Shown here one piece after another: positions 52,878 through 63,502 of a stretch of DNA of 64,000 bases. Location: NCBI GenBank assembly GCA_963711395.1, contig CAVQEA010000003.1, positions 209,447-273,446 of the forward strand, read 5' to 3'. Position 1 is the first letter of the stretch. The number at the start of each line of letters is the position of its first letter. The DNA comes from an uncultured delta proteobacterium (GTDB lineage Bacteria; Desulfobacterota; Binatia; JACPRU01). The position numbers and the translations under genes are program-made. The notes below the pieces were generated by a model, which did no database searches, had not been told where the DNA came from, and was given only the letters and a program-made list of their open reading frames with translations.

Positions 52878-54824
52878 TCACGCCGCCAACGCGCATTTGT
52901 CTCTCACGTCGCGGAGCACGTCCTGCTTCGATTCCCCGTCGATGAACATGCGAAGCCAGATCTCCAAGTTGACGAGCAGCCAGAGCCGATCCCCGTGGTC
53001 TTCCACGCCGTTGCGGTGCCGCTCGACCAAGCGCCGCAACATGTCGCGTTCCAATAGCCCGCGCCGTACGGCTCGTTCGCTCAAGACGAACTCGTCGACG
53101 ATCGGCGAGAATCCCCCCCGAAACCATTTCGAGATCGGGACCGGGAAGCCCATCTTGCGACGCACGAGGATCTCGCGGGGTACCAGCCCCTCGAGAGCCA
53201 TCCGCAAGACGAGCTTGGTTCGCCCGCGCGCGACCTTGAAGCGTGCGGGAATCGCCGTCACGTGCTCGACGAGGTGATGATCGAGAAACGGCACCCGGCT
53301 TTCGATCGAAGCGGCCATACTCATCTGATCCTGCTTCATGAGCAGCTCGACGAGGTAGGTCTGTAGATCGACGTAGCTCAAGCGCTCGAGCGTTCCACCG
53401 CGAGCTTCCTCGAATAGTCGCAAGGCCACGGCGTGCGGATCGCGCGCCGCGAGCAGCGCTGGATCGCGAATCAGTTCTTTCTGCATGCTGACCGGAAACA
53501 CCGCGAAGTTCTCGTAGCGAAGCCCGCGAATGTCAGGCTCGAGAGCGAGGAACGTGCGGCTCATGTAGCGACGCATCCCTCGGGGCAACCGCTCCGTCAG
53601 GTGACGGATCCGTTCACGGACCAGATGCGGTGCAACGCCCCCATAGGCACGCCCGAGAGCGACGTTCCAAGCCGTGACTGGGTACCAATTGTATCCGAGG
53701 AACAGCTCGTCCGCCCCTTCGCCGGTCAGCACGACTTTCACGTGATCTTTGGCCAGTCGCGACACGAAATATAGAGGAACGCTCGAAGGGAAAGCGATCG
53801 GTTCGTCTTCGTGCCAGATTAGGCCAGGGAGTGCGCGGAAGAACTCCTCGGGCGTCACGACGATTTCGGAATGCTGCGAACCGACCGAGCGCGCCGCCAA
53901 ACGCGCATACGGTAGCTCGTTGGTTGCGGCGTCGGGAAACCCGACCGCAAACGTGCGAATCGGACGATCGACGAGGCCCGCCATGAGGGCCGCGAGCCCG
54001 CTCGAATCGATACCGCCGGAAAGAAACAGGCCGAGCGGCACGTCGCTCATCAAGTGACTCTTGACGGCCGCCCGCAGACGCTCGCGCAGGTCCATCACAC
54101 AGTGGCGGAGCGAGCCCGCCGGCCGGTCGACCACGGCGTTCGGAACTCGCCAGTAGCGTCGCTCCTCGAAGCCCCGCTGCGCCGACCACGTCAAAGTTCG
54201 CCCGGGCAACAGCTTACGAATCGTGCGAAAGAACGTCTCGTCGCTCGCGATGAAGCGATTGGCGAGAAATTCGGGAACGACGTCGCGGTTCAGCTCGGCA
54301 GCAATGCCGCCGGCGGCTAGAATGGCCTTGATCTCCGAGCCGAACAGCACCTCCGTCGGCGTGACCGCATAGTACAGGGGCTTGATGCCAAGCCGGTCGC
54401 GGGCGAGCAGCAGCCGTTTGCGGGAGTCATCCCACAAGGCGAACGCGAACATACCGTCGAGATGCTCCACGCAGCTCTCCCCGGCATCCTCGTAGGCGTG
54501 AAGAATGGTTTCGGTGTCGCACCGGGTGCGATAGCGATGTCCTGCGGCTTCGAATCGCGGCTGGAGCTCCGGGTGGTTGTAAATCTCGCCATTGAACGTG
54601 ATCCACACGCGGCCGCCATGGTTCTGCATCGGCTGATGTCCAGCCGCCACGTCGACGATCGAGAGCCGCCGGTGGCCGAGCCCGATCGGTCCGCCGATCC
54701 ACAACCCCGCATCATCCGGCCCGCGGTGCGCAATCGCGTCGCACATCCTTTGCAAGCGCGCTTCTTCCACACGGGCTCGTGGATCGAGCTTCAAGATACC
54801 GGCAATTCCGCACATGTCGTCGTT
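52878..54824 (-). CDS. Asparagine synthase (glutamine-hydrolysing) family amidotransferase, copy 2
   Basis: N-terminal MCGIAG (Ntn Cys2), SGGIDSS PP-loop. 648 aa from ATG 54824. Confidence 0.9.
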   Translation of the reverse strand, partial: NDDMCGIAGILKLDPRARVEEARLQRMCDAIAHRGPDDAGLWIGGPIGLGHRRLSIVDVAAGHQPMQNHGGRVWITFNGEIYNHPELQPRFEAAGHRYRTRCDTETILHAYEDAGESCVEHLDGMFAFALWDDSRKRLLLARDRLGIKPLYYAVTPTEVLFGSEIKAILAAGGIAAELNRDVVPEFLANRFIASDETFFRTIRKLLPGRTLTWSAQRGFEERRYWRVPNAVVDRPAGSLRHCVMDLRERLRAAVKSHLMSDVPLGLFLSGGIDSSGLAALMAGLVDRPIRTFAVGFPDAATNELPYARLAARSVGSQHSEIVVTPEEFFRALPGLIWHEDEPIAFPSSVPLYFVSRLAKDHVKVVLTGEGADELFLGYNWYPVTAWNVALGRAYGGVAPHLVRERIRHLTERLPRGMRRYMSRTFLALEPDIRGLRYENFAVFPVSMQKELIRDPALLAARDPHAVALRLFEEARGGTLERLSYVDLQTYLVELLMKQDQMSMAASIESRVPFLDHHLVEHVTAIPARFKVARGRTKLVLRMALEGLVPREILVRRKMGFPVPISKWFRGGFSPIVDEFVLSERAVRRGLLERDMLRRLVERHRNGVEDHGDRLWLLVNLEIWLRMFIDGESKQDVLRDVRDKCALAA

Positions 54825-54885
54825 CCAAGATACGCTACGACCCACCCCCAGCGCACGCGCGGATTGCGTGGCGTCTGGCCTTCGC

Positions 54886-56766
54886 TCAAGGCCTACGAAC
54901 CTCCGCCAGGCGCGCGAGTGACCGATCCAGGACCAGTATCGCCCAGAGACGCCGGCAATGTTCGTCGCGTCGCATACGGGCGAATTGCTCGAGAAGCTCG
55001 CGCACGGCGCCCGGGCGAATGCCGACGGCCTCGAGGCGGTCCGTGTTCGCCAAACGCTCGTGGAAGAAACCCGGCACGTCGCTCGTGAACCATTTCTGCA
55101 ACGGCACGGCGAACCCCTGCTTCGGGCGCTCCAGCACCTCCGCGGGCACGCGAGAGCGCAACGCCCGCTTGAAGAGGTACTTCGTTTCCAACGCCCGCAT
55201 GCGCAAGCTCGGCGGCAGCCGGCACGCAAACTCGACCAACGGGGGATCGAGCATCGGCACCCTGGTCTCGAGCGACGCGAGCATCGACATGCGGTCCACC
55301 TTCGTGAGGATATCGCCGGGCAAGTAGGTCTGCAGATCGAAGCATTGCAGACGCGAAAGCGGATCGAGGCCGTCCGAGCGGCGCAGCAACTCCCCGACGA
55401 TCCCCTCGATCGCCGCAGACTGCGAGGCGGCCGCCGGTTCGAGTAGCGCCGTCAGGGCACGCGACGAAAATGTCGAGATCTCTTCGAGGTAGCGGCGCAT
55501 CCTCGGCAACGAAAGTGAATACAGGTAATTCTTCCCGGGCGTCCCTTCCGGCATCAGCGCGCTGACGGCTCGCAGCCCTCCGCCGATACCTAGGTCGCCG
55601 AGGACGCCGAGGCGGCGGCGGCGCTCGTCTACGACATAGCGGTCGTAGCCGGCGAAGATCTCGTCACCGCCGTCGCCGGAGAGCACGACCTTGACGTGCG
55701 CACGGGCGAACCGCGAGATCATGTACGTCGGAATCGCAGATTCGTCGGCGAACGGTTCGTCGAAGCCGCCGAGAATCTCGTCGAGCACAGCGACGTCGCC
55801 CACGTTCATGCGCACCTCGTGGTGCTCGGTACCGAAGTGCTCGGCCACCCGGCGGGCGTAAGGCGTCTCGTCGACGCCGCCGTCGAAGCCGACCGAGAAC
55901 GTCTTGACGGGCCCGGCGCTCTCGAGCGCCATTGCCGCCACGACAGCTGTCGAATCGACGCCGCCGCTCAGAAAGGCGCCGAGCGGCACGTCGGCGACGA
56001 GATGAGACGCGACGGCCGACCGCAACGTCTGCCACAATAACTCGGCGCTCTCTTCCTCGTCGGCGCGCTTTGCGGGATACGCGAACAGCGGGACGCAATC
56101 CCAATACCGCTTCGGCTCGGCCGCGCGACCGTCACGGACCGCCAGCGTATGACCAGGCGGCAGCTTTGCGACGCCACGAAGGAGTGTCAGCGGATCCGGT
56201 ATGTAGCTGAAGCGTAGGTAAGCCGAGATGGCGGCTGGATCGACCGACCGCCCGAGCCAAGGGCCCGCCAGCAGCGCCTTCAGCTCCGAGCCGAACACGA
56301 AGCCTCGCGGTGTCGTGGCGTAGTAGAGCGGCTTGATACCGAGTCGGTCGCGCGCCAGAAGCAATGTGCGCTGCCGTGCATCCCAGACCGCGAACGCGAA
56401 CATACCGCGCAAGCGCTCCACGCAGCGCTCGCCCTCCTCCTCGTACAAATGCACGATCACTTCGGTGTCGGAGCGCGTACGAAAACGGTGCCCCCGAGCC
56501 GCGAGGTCCGCGGCGAGCTCGCGATAGTTGTAGATCTCGCCGTTGAACACTATCCATACCGAGCCGTCCTCGTTCGCCAACGGCTGGTCACCGGTCTCCA
56601 GATCGATGATACTGAGGCGGCGCATGCCGAAGCCGAGCGCGCCGTCGAAGTGTTCGCCACCGCCGTCCGGGCCGCGATGCACTAGCGTCTGCGCCATCCT
56701 GCGCAGAGCCTCCTCGGGCGCGGGCGCGGAGGGATCACATGCTTGGAAGCCGAAAATCCCGCACAT
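54886..56766 (-). CDS. Asparagine synthase (glutamine-hydrolysing) family amidotransferase, copy 1
   Basis: MCGIFG N-terminus, SGGVDST PP-loop, 626 aa. Confidence 0.9.
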   Translation of the reverse strand: MCGIFGFQACDPSAPAPEEALRRMAQTLVHRGPDGGGEHFDGALGFGMRRLSIIDLETGDQPLANEDGSVWIVFNGEIYNYRELAADLAARGHRFRTRSDTEVIVHLYEEEGERCVERLRGMFAFAVWDARQRTLLLARDRLGIKPLYYATTPRGFVFGSELKALLAGPWLGRSVDPAAISAYLRFSYIPDPLTLLRGVAKLPPGHTLAVRDGRAAEPKRYWDCVPLFAYPAKRADEEESAELLWQTLRSAVASHLVADVPLGAFLSGGVDSTAVVAAMALESAGPVKTFSVGFDGGVDETPYARRVAEHFGTEHHEVRMNVGDVAVLDEILGGFDEPFADESAIPTYMISRFARAHVKVVLSGDGGDEIFAGYDRYVVDERRRRLGVLGDLGIGGGLRAVSALMPEGTPGKNYLYSLSLPRMRRYLEEISTFSSRALTALLEPAAASQSAAIEGIVGELLRRSDGLDPLSRLQCFDLQTYLPGDILTKVDRMSMLASLETRVPMLDPPLVEFACRLPPSLRMRALETKYLFKRALRSRVPAEVLERPKQGFAVPLQKWFTSDVPGFFHERLANTDRLEAVGIRPGAVRELLEQFARMRRDEHCRRLWAILVLDRSLARLAEVRRP

Positions 56767-56784
56767 GGCAGCGAGTCGGCGCCG

Positions 56785-58323
56785 CTAGCCGCTCAGGCGC
56801 GTCAAAACGGCAGCCAGTCGGTCGAAGTCGTCGCGGCGAACGATCTTCAATAGAGCGACGGCGAGCGTGTAGACGGCCACGAACCACGTGGCGCACGCGG
56901 CGAGCACCACGAGGGCGGGTTGTGCGCGCATCGCCATCTCCAAGGCAGCGGTGCCGACGCCGGCGAAGGCAGCCGCGACGGCGATCTTGAAGACGTCCCT
57001 GAGGGTGTCTTTGTCCTCATCGGCAAGTCCGAGGCCGCGAACCATGCGGGCGGCCAAGAGGAATCGCTCCAGAAGCGTCGCCGCGACCATCGCCGAGACG
57101 GTGCCGATCATGCCAAAACGGCGCGTACCGACGTAGAGGAAGGCTACCAACAATACGACGACCACCACCCTCAGGCGCAGCAGGTAGTTCCGGTACTCGG
57201 GGTAGGCGCGCACGATCGGGTCGAACATCAAAGCTCCGAAGGGCAGCAGCGTGAGATTCACTGCGAAGATCGGCCAGCTGGAGGCGTAGGCGCTGGTGAA
57301 TAGAACGGTGAGGACTTCGCGGCCGCAAGCGATCAGAAAAGCGTAGGCCCCGAAATAGACGAACGAGAGAGAGCGCATGATGGCCAGAGTCCCGGCCACC
57401 ACCTGGCGATCGAGCCCGCCGCTCGCAAGTTCGCTCCAGCGAGGGATCACGACTCCAGCGACTGACTCGGAGAGTATCCCGATCAACGGCAGCTCGAAGC
57501 AACCGACGGCATAGATGGCGAACGCCGCCGGTCCGAAATGAGACGAGACCCAGTAGCTGTGAAGATCGGTCATCATCACCCAAAGGGCGCCGGTCGCAGC
57601 GAGCGGCAGCGCGTATGAGATCTGCGTCTTCATCGTCGCCCAACGAAACGCGAACGCAAACGAAGGAACCCATGCCGTCAGGTAGATGAGCGCCGCGATT
57701 GATTGTAGCAACCCGAAGAGAGCCGCGGCGTACAAGATCGCTCGCAGCGAGTCCCAGACGAGCACCGCGCCCAGCAGCAAGGCGGAGCGCACGATCGGCG
57801 CGACTAGGACGAACGTACGGGCCTGCTTGTAGTCCCGCTTTGCGAGCATCATCGTCTCGAGGTGACTCGAGGACACCCAGAGGAAGATCACCAGGCTGAG
57901 CACTCCGAGGAAGTTGCCGAGTGCGTCGGTTCCCGCCATCCAGGCGACGAGGCCCGGCCAGGACAATATGGCGACCGCCGCGCCGGCACCGAGCAGCGCA
58001 TGCACGAGCACGATGTTCGCGACGAACTCGTTCCCTCGCTCGGGCTCGCGTGGCAGGAAGAAAAGCGCGGTCATCGCAAAATTGAGCGGCAGTGTGCTCA
58101 CGATGGTGCCGACGATCAGGAAGGCCTGCTTGTAGAGACCGAACTCCTGTTGGTCGAGGCGCCGCACGAGGAGCAGCGGTAGGGCCACGTTGACGACGCA
58201 CGCCAGGACCTTTGCCACCGCCATACGCGCCGCCGAATGCGCCAGTGGTGCCGATGCGACTGCGGCACGAGGTAGGCTCATCGGCACCTTCACGTCCTCG
58301 GCGTTGGACGCCAACGGGATCAT
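56785..58323 (-). CDS. Wzx-type oligosaccharide flippase (polysaccharide biosynthesis protein, MOP superfamily)
   Basis: About 12-14 TM helices. ATG 58323 overlaps the GT4 stop (ATGA). Confidence 0.75.
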   Translation of the reverse strand: MIPLASNAEDVKVPMSLPRAAVASAPLAHSAARMAVAKVLACVVNVALPLLLVRRLDQQEFGLYKQAFLIVGTIVSTLPLNFAMTALFFLPREPERGNEFVANIVLVHALLGAGAAVAILSWPGLVAWMAGTDALGNFLGVLSLVIFLWVSSSHLETMMLAKRDYKQARTFVLVAPIVRSALLLGAVLVWDSLRAILYAAALFGLLQSIAALIYLTAWVPSFAFAFRWATMKTQISYALPLAATGALWVMMTDLHSYWVSSHFGPAAFAIYAVGCFELPLIGILSESVAGVVIPRWSELASGGLDRQVVAGTLAIMRSLSFVYFGAYAFLIACGREVLTVLFTSAYASSWPIFAVNLTLLPFGALMFDPIVRAYPEYRNYLLRLRVVVVVLLVAFLYVGTRRFGMIGTVSAMVAATLLERFLLAARMVRGLGLADEDKDTLRDVFKIAVAAAFAGVGTAALEMAMRAQPALVVLAACATWFVAVYTLAVALLKIVRRDDFDRLAAVLTRLSG

Positions 58324-59696
58324 CGTGCGAACAATCCGGCGACGAGCCCAACACAGGCGGCCCACTCCCGATGGCCCGTTCTTCCGGCGGGCGTACGGTG
58401 CGAAGCAGCCGCCGGCCCGCGCACACATTCCGCGAGGCTCGCTGTGAGCACACGATAGTGGTACCGGCTTCTCGAATGGAGACGGGCCTCGGCCTGGTCT
58501 TCAGCCGGAGGCTCGAGGACGCGGAGAAACGCTTCCGCGATCCGCGCCGAATCGTGAGGCTCTACCCACACACCCACACCCGTCGCGTCGACCGCATCCG
58601 TGGTCGCGCCCCGCTCAGCGACCGTGAAGATCGGTTTCCCGGTTTGCAGGTACTCGTAGAACTTGGCAGGCACCTGCAACCCCAAGCCTCCCTGGAAGAT
58701 CAACAGTACGTCGGCGGCGCGAAGCGCCTCCTGCGCATGCGTCCAGCTCACCCGCGGCTCGAACTGGATCCGCAGACGAGCCGCCTCTGGCAGACCGCGG
58801 ACCGCCGCTTCGGCCGCCGCTGGGTCGATGTCGCCGAGGAACCTCACCCTCCACGATGAGTCGAGCCGACCCGATTCCCAGAGCTGCGCCACCGCCTTGC
58901 AGAACGTGTCGATGCGGCGACCGCCGTAGATCTCGCCGAGGTGCAACGCGACACGCTCGCCGCCCAAGGGACTCGCCATGGCGTCGAGATCGGGAGCGTC
59001 GTCGAAGCCATTGGTCAACGTGAAGAAGTGCTCCGCGGGCAGCGCGGGATAGGAGGCGCGAAACAACTCCAGCAATCGATCGGTATTGCAGATCACCAGG
59101 TCCGCTGCGGCCACGGAGCTTGCCTCGAGCCTGCGGTCGATCGCCTTTCGCCATCCGGGAAGCTTCTCCGTGAAGAGCGAGCGCGCCCATGGGTCGCGGA
59201 AGTCCGCCAACCAGCGAACGTCGGGCCTGGCACGCTTGAGTCGCCGCGCGACCAGGTGGGAGATCCAGGGCGGTCCACTCGATACCATTGCCACTATCGG
59301 CTCTTCGCGCAGTAGGCGCTCGCCGGCGCGCACCGCTGCGAAGTACCACCCCCAATAGCGATCGGGTGTAGCGAGCAGCGCAAATCCATGGCGCTTCAAG
59401 AACCCCGGCTCGCTGCGAACGGAAGCTTCGCCGTTGCCGCTCTTCGATGGCGAGCGCCATCGCCTGTATAGCTCCAGCGGCGTCGCCATCGCGTGGGTGC
59501 GTTCCACCCGGATCCCGCGATCCCAAGGGAAGTCGCGGTCGAGAGTTTCGTAAAGCCGTTCCTCCACCGTGAGCACGATCGGCCGAAATCCGAACTCGGG
59601 CAGATACTTGCAGAACCGCGCCGTGCGCTGACTGCCGACTTGCGCGTCGGGGGGGAAGCAGTGAGACACGAACAGAACGCTCGGAATCGGGTTCAT
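58320..59696 (-). CDS. GT-B fold glycosyltransferase (GT4-like)
   Basis: The N-terminus VLFVSHCFPPDAQVGSQR and a C-terminal E-x7-E-like region (KFYEYLQTGKPIF) fit a GT4-like enzyme. Confidence 0.8.
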   Translation of the reverse strand: MNPIPSVLFVSHCFPPDAQVGSQRTARFCKYLPEFGFRPIVLTVEERLYETLDRDFPWDRGIRVERTHAMATPLELYRRWRSPSKSGNGEASVRSEPGFLKRHGFALLATPDRYWGWYFAAVRAGERLLREEPIVAMVSSGPPWISHLVARRLKRARPDVRWLADFRDPWARSLFTEKLPGWRKAIDRRLEASSVAAADLVICNTDRLLELFRASYPALPAEHFFTLTNGFDDAPDLDAMASPLGGERVALHLGEIYGGRRIDTFCKAVAQLWESGRLDSSWRVRFLGDIDPAAAEAAVRGLPEAARLRIQFEPRVSWTHAQEALRAADVLLIFQGGLGLQVPAKFYEYLQTGKPIFTVAERGATTDAVDATGVGVWVEPHDSARIAEAFLRVLEPPAEDQAEARLHSRSRYHYRVLTASLAECVRGPAAASHRTPAGRTGHREWAACVGLVAGLFAR

Positions 59697-59802
59697 CCGC
59701 TCACCAGAATACTGGCTACGAGTCGCTAGGTCGATGCTCCGATGCGAAATCGGTTAGCCGAGCACCGACTGTCGTGGCGGGAGCGAGATGCCTCTGAGGA
59801 CT

Positions 59803-61212
59803 TCAGCTTCCACTGACGGAGATCACCGCCTTCACGGTGTCCGCCAATATGCGGAGATCCATCCACAGCGACATGTTCTTGATGTAGTAGAGGTCGTAGC
59901 GCATCTTTTCGGTTTCTTCCGCGAGCCCATTGGCATAGCCGTTACGGACTTGCGCCCAGCCCGTCAACCCGGGACGGATCAGCTCCCGGAGCTGGAAATA
60001 AGGAATTCGCTCCCGGAAGAGCGCGGCGTTCCCCTTCGGCAGCGGCCGAGGGCCGACCAAGTTCATGTCGCCGCGCAAAATGTTGATGAACTGCGGAAGC
60101 TCGTCTAGGCGGAAGCGGCGTAGCCATCGCCCCACTCTCGTAATGCGATCTTCGTTGTCGGCCGCCCACAGGCTGCGCTCCTTTCCCGGAGCAACCAGCT
60201 GCATGGTGCGAAACTTGATGAGGTCGAAAGGTCTGCCGTGGACACCGGCCCGGCATTGGCGGAAGAATATCGGCCCCTTGGAGTCGAGCTTGATGACGAT
60301 CGCGATCAGCGCGATCAGCGGAGCGGTCGCGACGAGTCCCGCCACCGACACGGCGATGCTCAGGCCGCGTTGCAGACCGAGCAGCAACCGCGACTTCTTG
60401 AAGGCGCCCGAGAACAGCAGGAAGCTCGGATTCAGGTTCTCCAAGGCGAGCTTCCCGGCGATGCGCTCATAGGCTTGCACGCCGTCTTCCACGGCGATTT
60501 CGTTCATCACGAGGTGGCGGAGTAGTTCCTGCACCGGCAGGCGCCGGCGTCTGTCGGTGAGCGCGACGACGATGCGATGCGGGCGAAACTCCTCGATCGC
60601 TCTCTCGAGGTCCGGCAGCGATCCCAGCACCGGGCAACGCGGGGGGCGAAACGACGTCGATACGCTCGACCCTCCCTCCCCTTCGTCGAGAGCGGCGAGC
60701 TCGTGGGAGGTACGACCAGGCGTGGAGAGCGCCGTAGCGATCCGCGACGCGAGAGGCCCGGTGCCGAGGATCAGGATTCGTTCCGCGAAAGGTGGTCTAT
60801 GCAATACCGAGGACGCCGTCCACCGTACCGGGATGGAGATCGCGATCGCGAACAGCGCACCCATCAGGGCGTACGAAAGATGCGCCATCGAAAGCCCGAG
60901 CGAGGCAGCGACGGCGAAGTAGAGCGCGAGAAGCGTAACCGCGAGCATCAGCGCCCGTGGCAGACGGGCCCGGAATTCTTTGAAGTCGTTGACGATGCGC
61001 GGAGCGTAGAGATCCGTACAGTAGAACGACACCGTGCAAGACAATGCCGACGGCAGCGCCATCCACACCCAACCGCCCCCGTCCGGCCAGTAGGTGTGAA
61101 TGGCGGGCAGGAACACGAGCACCGTGCTCATGATCAGCAGCAGCCAACCGAACTCGAGAACCGCGATGCCTAGGCTCATTTCTGCTCTTGCTCGAAACTC
61201 CCGACACTCCAT
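59803..61212 (-). CDS. Polyprenyl-phosphate glycosyl-1-phosphate transferase (bacterial sugar transferase, EpsB/WbaP-like priming enzyme)
   Basis: Four to five N-terminal TM helices, a central Rossmann-like region, and the C-terminal catalytic domain PIFFRQCRAGVHGRPFDLIKFRTM...DELPQFINILRGDMNLVGPRP. The start may be ATG 61179. Confidence 0.85.
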   Translation of the reverse strand: MECREFRARAEMSLGIAVLEFGWLLLIMSTVLVFLPAIHTYWPDGGGWVWMALPSALSCTVSFYCTDLYAPRIVNDFKEFRARLPRALMLAVTLLALYFAVAASLGLSMAHLSYALMGALFAIAISIPVRWTASSVLHRPPFAERILILGTGPLASRIATALSTPGRTSHELAALDEGEGGSSVSTSFRPPRCPVLGSLPDLERAIEEFRPHRIVVALTDRRRRLPVQELLRHLVMNEIAVEDGVQAYERIAGKLALENLNPSFLLFSGAFKKSRLLLGLQRGLSIAVSVAGLVATAPLIALIAIVIKLDSKGPIFFRQCRAGVHGRPFDLIKFRTMQLVAPGKERSLWAADNEDRITRVGRWLRRFRLDELPQFINILRGDMNLVGPRPLPKGNAALFRERIPYFQLRELIRPGLTGWAQVRNGYANGLAEETEKMRYDLYYIKNMSLWMDLRILADTVKAVISVSGS

Positions 61213-61266
61213 CCACCCCGCAACCGGTTGCTCGTGCGCTGGGGAACTTCGGCCTCCTGCTCGTAC

Positions 61267-62235
61267 TCAGCGACCATCGTTCCGCTTGCCGACTCTCGAC
61301 CGCTTGCCGCCGTGCGCCACGTGGTATCCATAGTAAGTCGCGTATCGCGAAATCACGTCCTCATCGTTGTTGAACACCAATCCCAACACCATCTCTGGAT
61401 CAAGTGCGTTCAACGCCTCAGCCAAAAGCCTGCGGGGCGTCCGGTTGGCTGCCACGACGATGATGAACCCGTCCACCAGACTGCCCAGCATACGGCAATC
61501 CGGCAAGGAAACGATAGGTGGCGCGTCGATGATCACCAAATCATAACTCCGCCGCGCTTCATGGAGCAATTCCGCGAAAGCTTTCGACGTCAGCAGCTCG
61601 TATGGCGCCGCCGTGCTCTCCCCGGCAAGAACCAGGTCGAGGCGGTATGGAGGACGGCGAGTGATCAAGCCGTCGAGATTCGGTGAACGGCCGCGAAGTG
61701 CCGCTGCCAACCCGGAGGGGGACCGCGCGAAGCCGAGCCTCGGCGCGACCGAGGGATTCCGCAGATCTGCGTCGAGCAACAGCACGCGAGAGTCTTCTCC
61801 CTCCGCGAACGAGCCGGCAAGGTTGATTGCCGTGGTCGTCTTTCCGTCCCCCACACCCGGGCTCGACACCGCGATGACCAGGGGCCCTTTCTCGCGGCGT
61901 TTCGCTTCGAGCAGCGTACGGAGATTTCGGTACTGTTCCGCTTCGATCGACGCGGGCGCGAGCAAGCTCACGAGGTGCGCTTCGACCTCCCCGGCTTCGA
62001 TCGGGCGTTCCACGCTCGGCTTCGGGCTCGGCGGGGCGACGACGGTCGGCACAGCTTGCGTGACGGCCGGCGCCGGACGATCGATGGTCGCGGTCGCGAC
62101 CGCGGTTTCCGTGCGCGATGCCGGTCGGAACGGCATCGCTTCCTTCGTCGTGAGCACCGGCGGCGAGGTAGATTCCCGCTCCTCGCGCGCGCGATCCTCT
62201 TCGGCTTGCTTCAGGGCTTTGAAGAACTTGCTCAT
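61267..62235 (-). CDS. Polysaccharide co-polymerase tyrosine autokinase (CpsD/CapB/EpsG-like)
   Basis: MSKFFKALKQAEEDR N-terminus. Walker A SSPGVGDGKTTT, Walker A' LLLDADLRNP, Walker B VIIDAPP. ATG 62235. Confidence 0.8.
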   Translation of the reverse strand: MSKFFKALKQAEEDRAREERESTSPPVLTTKEAMPFRPASRTETAVATATIDRPAPAVTQAVPTVVAPPSPKPSVERPIEAGEVEAHLVSLLAPASIEAEQYRNLRTLLEAKRREKGPLVIAVSSPGVGDGKTTTAINLAGSFAEGEDSRVLLLDADLRNPSVAPRLGFARSPSGLAAALRGRSPNLDGLITRRPPYRLDLVLAGESTAAPYELLTSKAFAELLHEARRSYDLVIIDAPPIVSLPDCRMLGSLVDGFIIVVAANRTPRRLLAEALNALDPEMVLGLVFNNDEDVISRYATYYGYHVAHGGKRSRVGKRNDGR

Positions 62236-62269
62236 GCTGCTGGAAAGGACGACATCGCCCGCGTTCCGC

Positions 62270-63499
62270 TCACAGGCTACCGAACCAAACCCGCGCGAAC
62301 TCCTGTAGCGATCCCGCCAATCGTTCGACGAGCCCGAGCGCGCCACTCGGCGCGAGCGCCAAGAATACCGCGCCACCTACGGTCGCTGCCATCGCAGCCG
62401 AGACGAGCCACCGACCGGTGAATTGCACCGGCAGCGAAGGCATCTTTGGAAACCCGGGAAACCCGCCTTCCCCAACGCCTTCCTCGACCGCGGGCCAATC
62501 GCGAGCTGTATCGCTTTTGTGAAGAGTTTCTATGGATTCTACGGTCGGCCAAAAGGGAGCGGGCGGAGTCTCGCGTGCTTGGCGCTGCTCGCGCGGCTCC
62601 TCGGGCGGCTCGGGACGCTCTGCACGGACTTCTCGCGCCGCCGGCGGCGGTGTCGGGAGCTCTCTCTCTTGCGGCGTCGGGACATCCCTCTCTTCATGGT
62701 AGTCGATGGCTTCTTCCACCACTCGCACGTCGATCGTCCGCTTTTGATCGGCGTAACCGACGAGCAGACAATGGTCACAGATCAAGTTCACCACACGTGG
62801 GATGCCACGCGAATGCGCGCAGATGCGCTCCACGGCGGTGTCGGTGAAGATCGGCGTTCCGTTGGAGTCGGGTGCGCTCGCCAAGGTGAGCCGGTGATGG
62901 ATGTACTCGGCTGTGTCTGCCGGGCTCAAGGGATGGATCGTGCAATGCAAGCCGATGCGTTGCTTGAGCTGACGGAGCTCCGGGAGAGCCAGCTTGGCCT
63001 TCAGTTCCGGCTGTCCAACCAGTAGGATCTGCAACAGCTTTTCGTTCGTCGTCTCGAAGTTGGAGAGCAGACGGACTTGCTCGAGCGCAGCGGCGTCCAG
63101 GTTCTGCGCTTCGTCGATGATCAAGACCGTGTTGAGCCCGCGGCGCACTCGCTCGGTGAGAAAGTGGTTGAGGGCAACCAACCGATGGGCATGACTGTCC
63201 TTCGCGTCGACGATGCCGAAGTCTTCGACGACGTACGCGAGGATTTGGTCAAAAGACATCATCGAGTTGAAGACGAAGGCGGCCTCGGTGTTGTTGTCGA
63301 GACGGTCGAGAAGCGTACGCAGGAGCGTCGTCTTCCCGGTTCCAACCTCGCCGGTCAGGACTATGAAGCCGCGGCGTTCCTTGACGCCGTACTCGAGTTG
63401 CGCGAGCGCCTCGCGATGTGCGGGCGTGAGATACAAGAACCGCGGGTCCGGCGTCGGATTGAACGGCTTCTCTCTCAGCCCGTAGAAGCGGAGATACAC
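62270..63499 (-). CDS. ExeA-like AAA ATPase of the type associated with PEP-CTERM/exosortase EPS loci
   Basis: MYLRFYGLREKPFNPTPDPRFLYLTPAHREALAQLEYG and LTGEVGTGKTT. Pro/Glu-rich linker and a C-terminal TM helix. Confidence 0.8.
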   Translation of the reverse strand: MYLRFYGLREKPFNPTPDPRFLYLTPAHREALAQLEYGVKERRGFIVLTGEVGTGKTTLLRTLLDRLDNNTEAAFVFNSMMSFDQILAYVVEDFGIVDAKDSHAHRLVALNHFLTERVRRGLNTVLIIDEAQNLDAAALEQVRLLSNFETTNEKLLQILLVGQPELKAKLALPELRQLKQRIGLHCTIHPLSPADTAEYIHHRLTLASAPDSNGTPIFTDTAVERICAHSRGIPRVVNLICDHCLLVGYADQKRTIDVRVVEEAIDYHEERDVPTPQERELPTPPPAAREVRAERPEPPEEPREQRQARETPPAPFWPTVESIETLHKSDTARDWPAVEEGVGEGGFPGFPKMPSLPVQFTGRWLVSAAMAATVGGAVFLALAPSGALGLVERLAGSLQEFARVWFGSL

Positions 63500-63502
63500 G
63501 AT

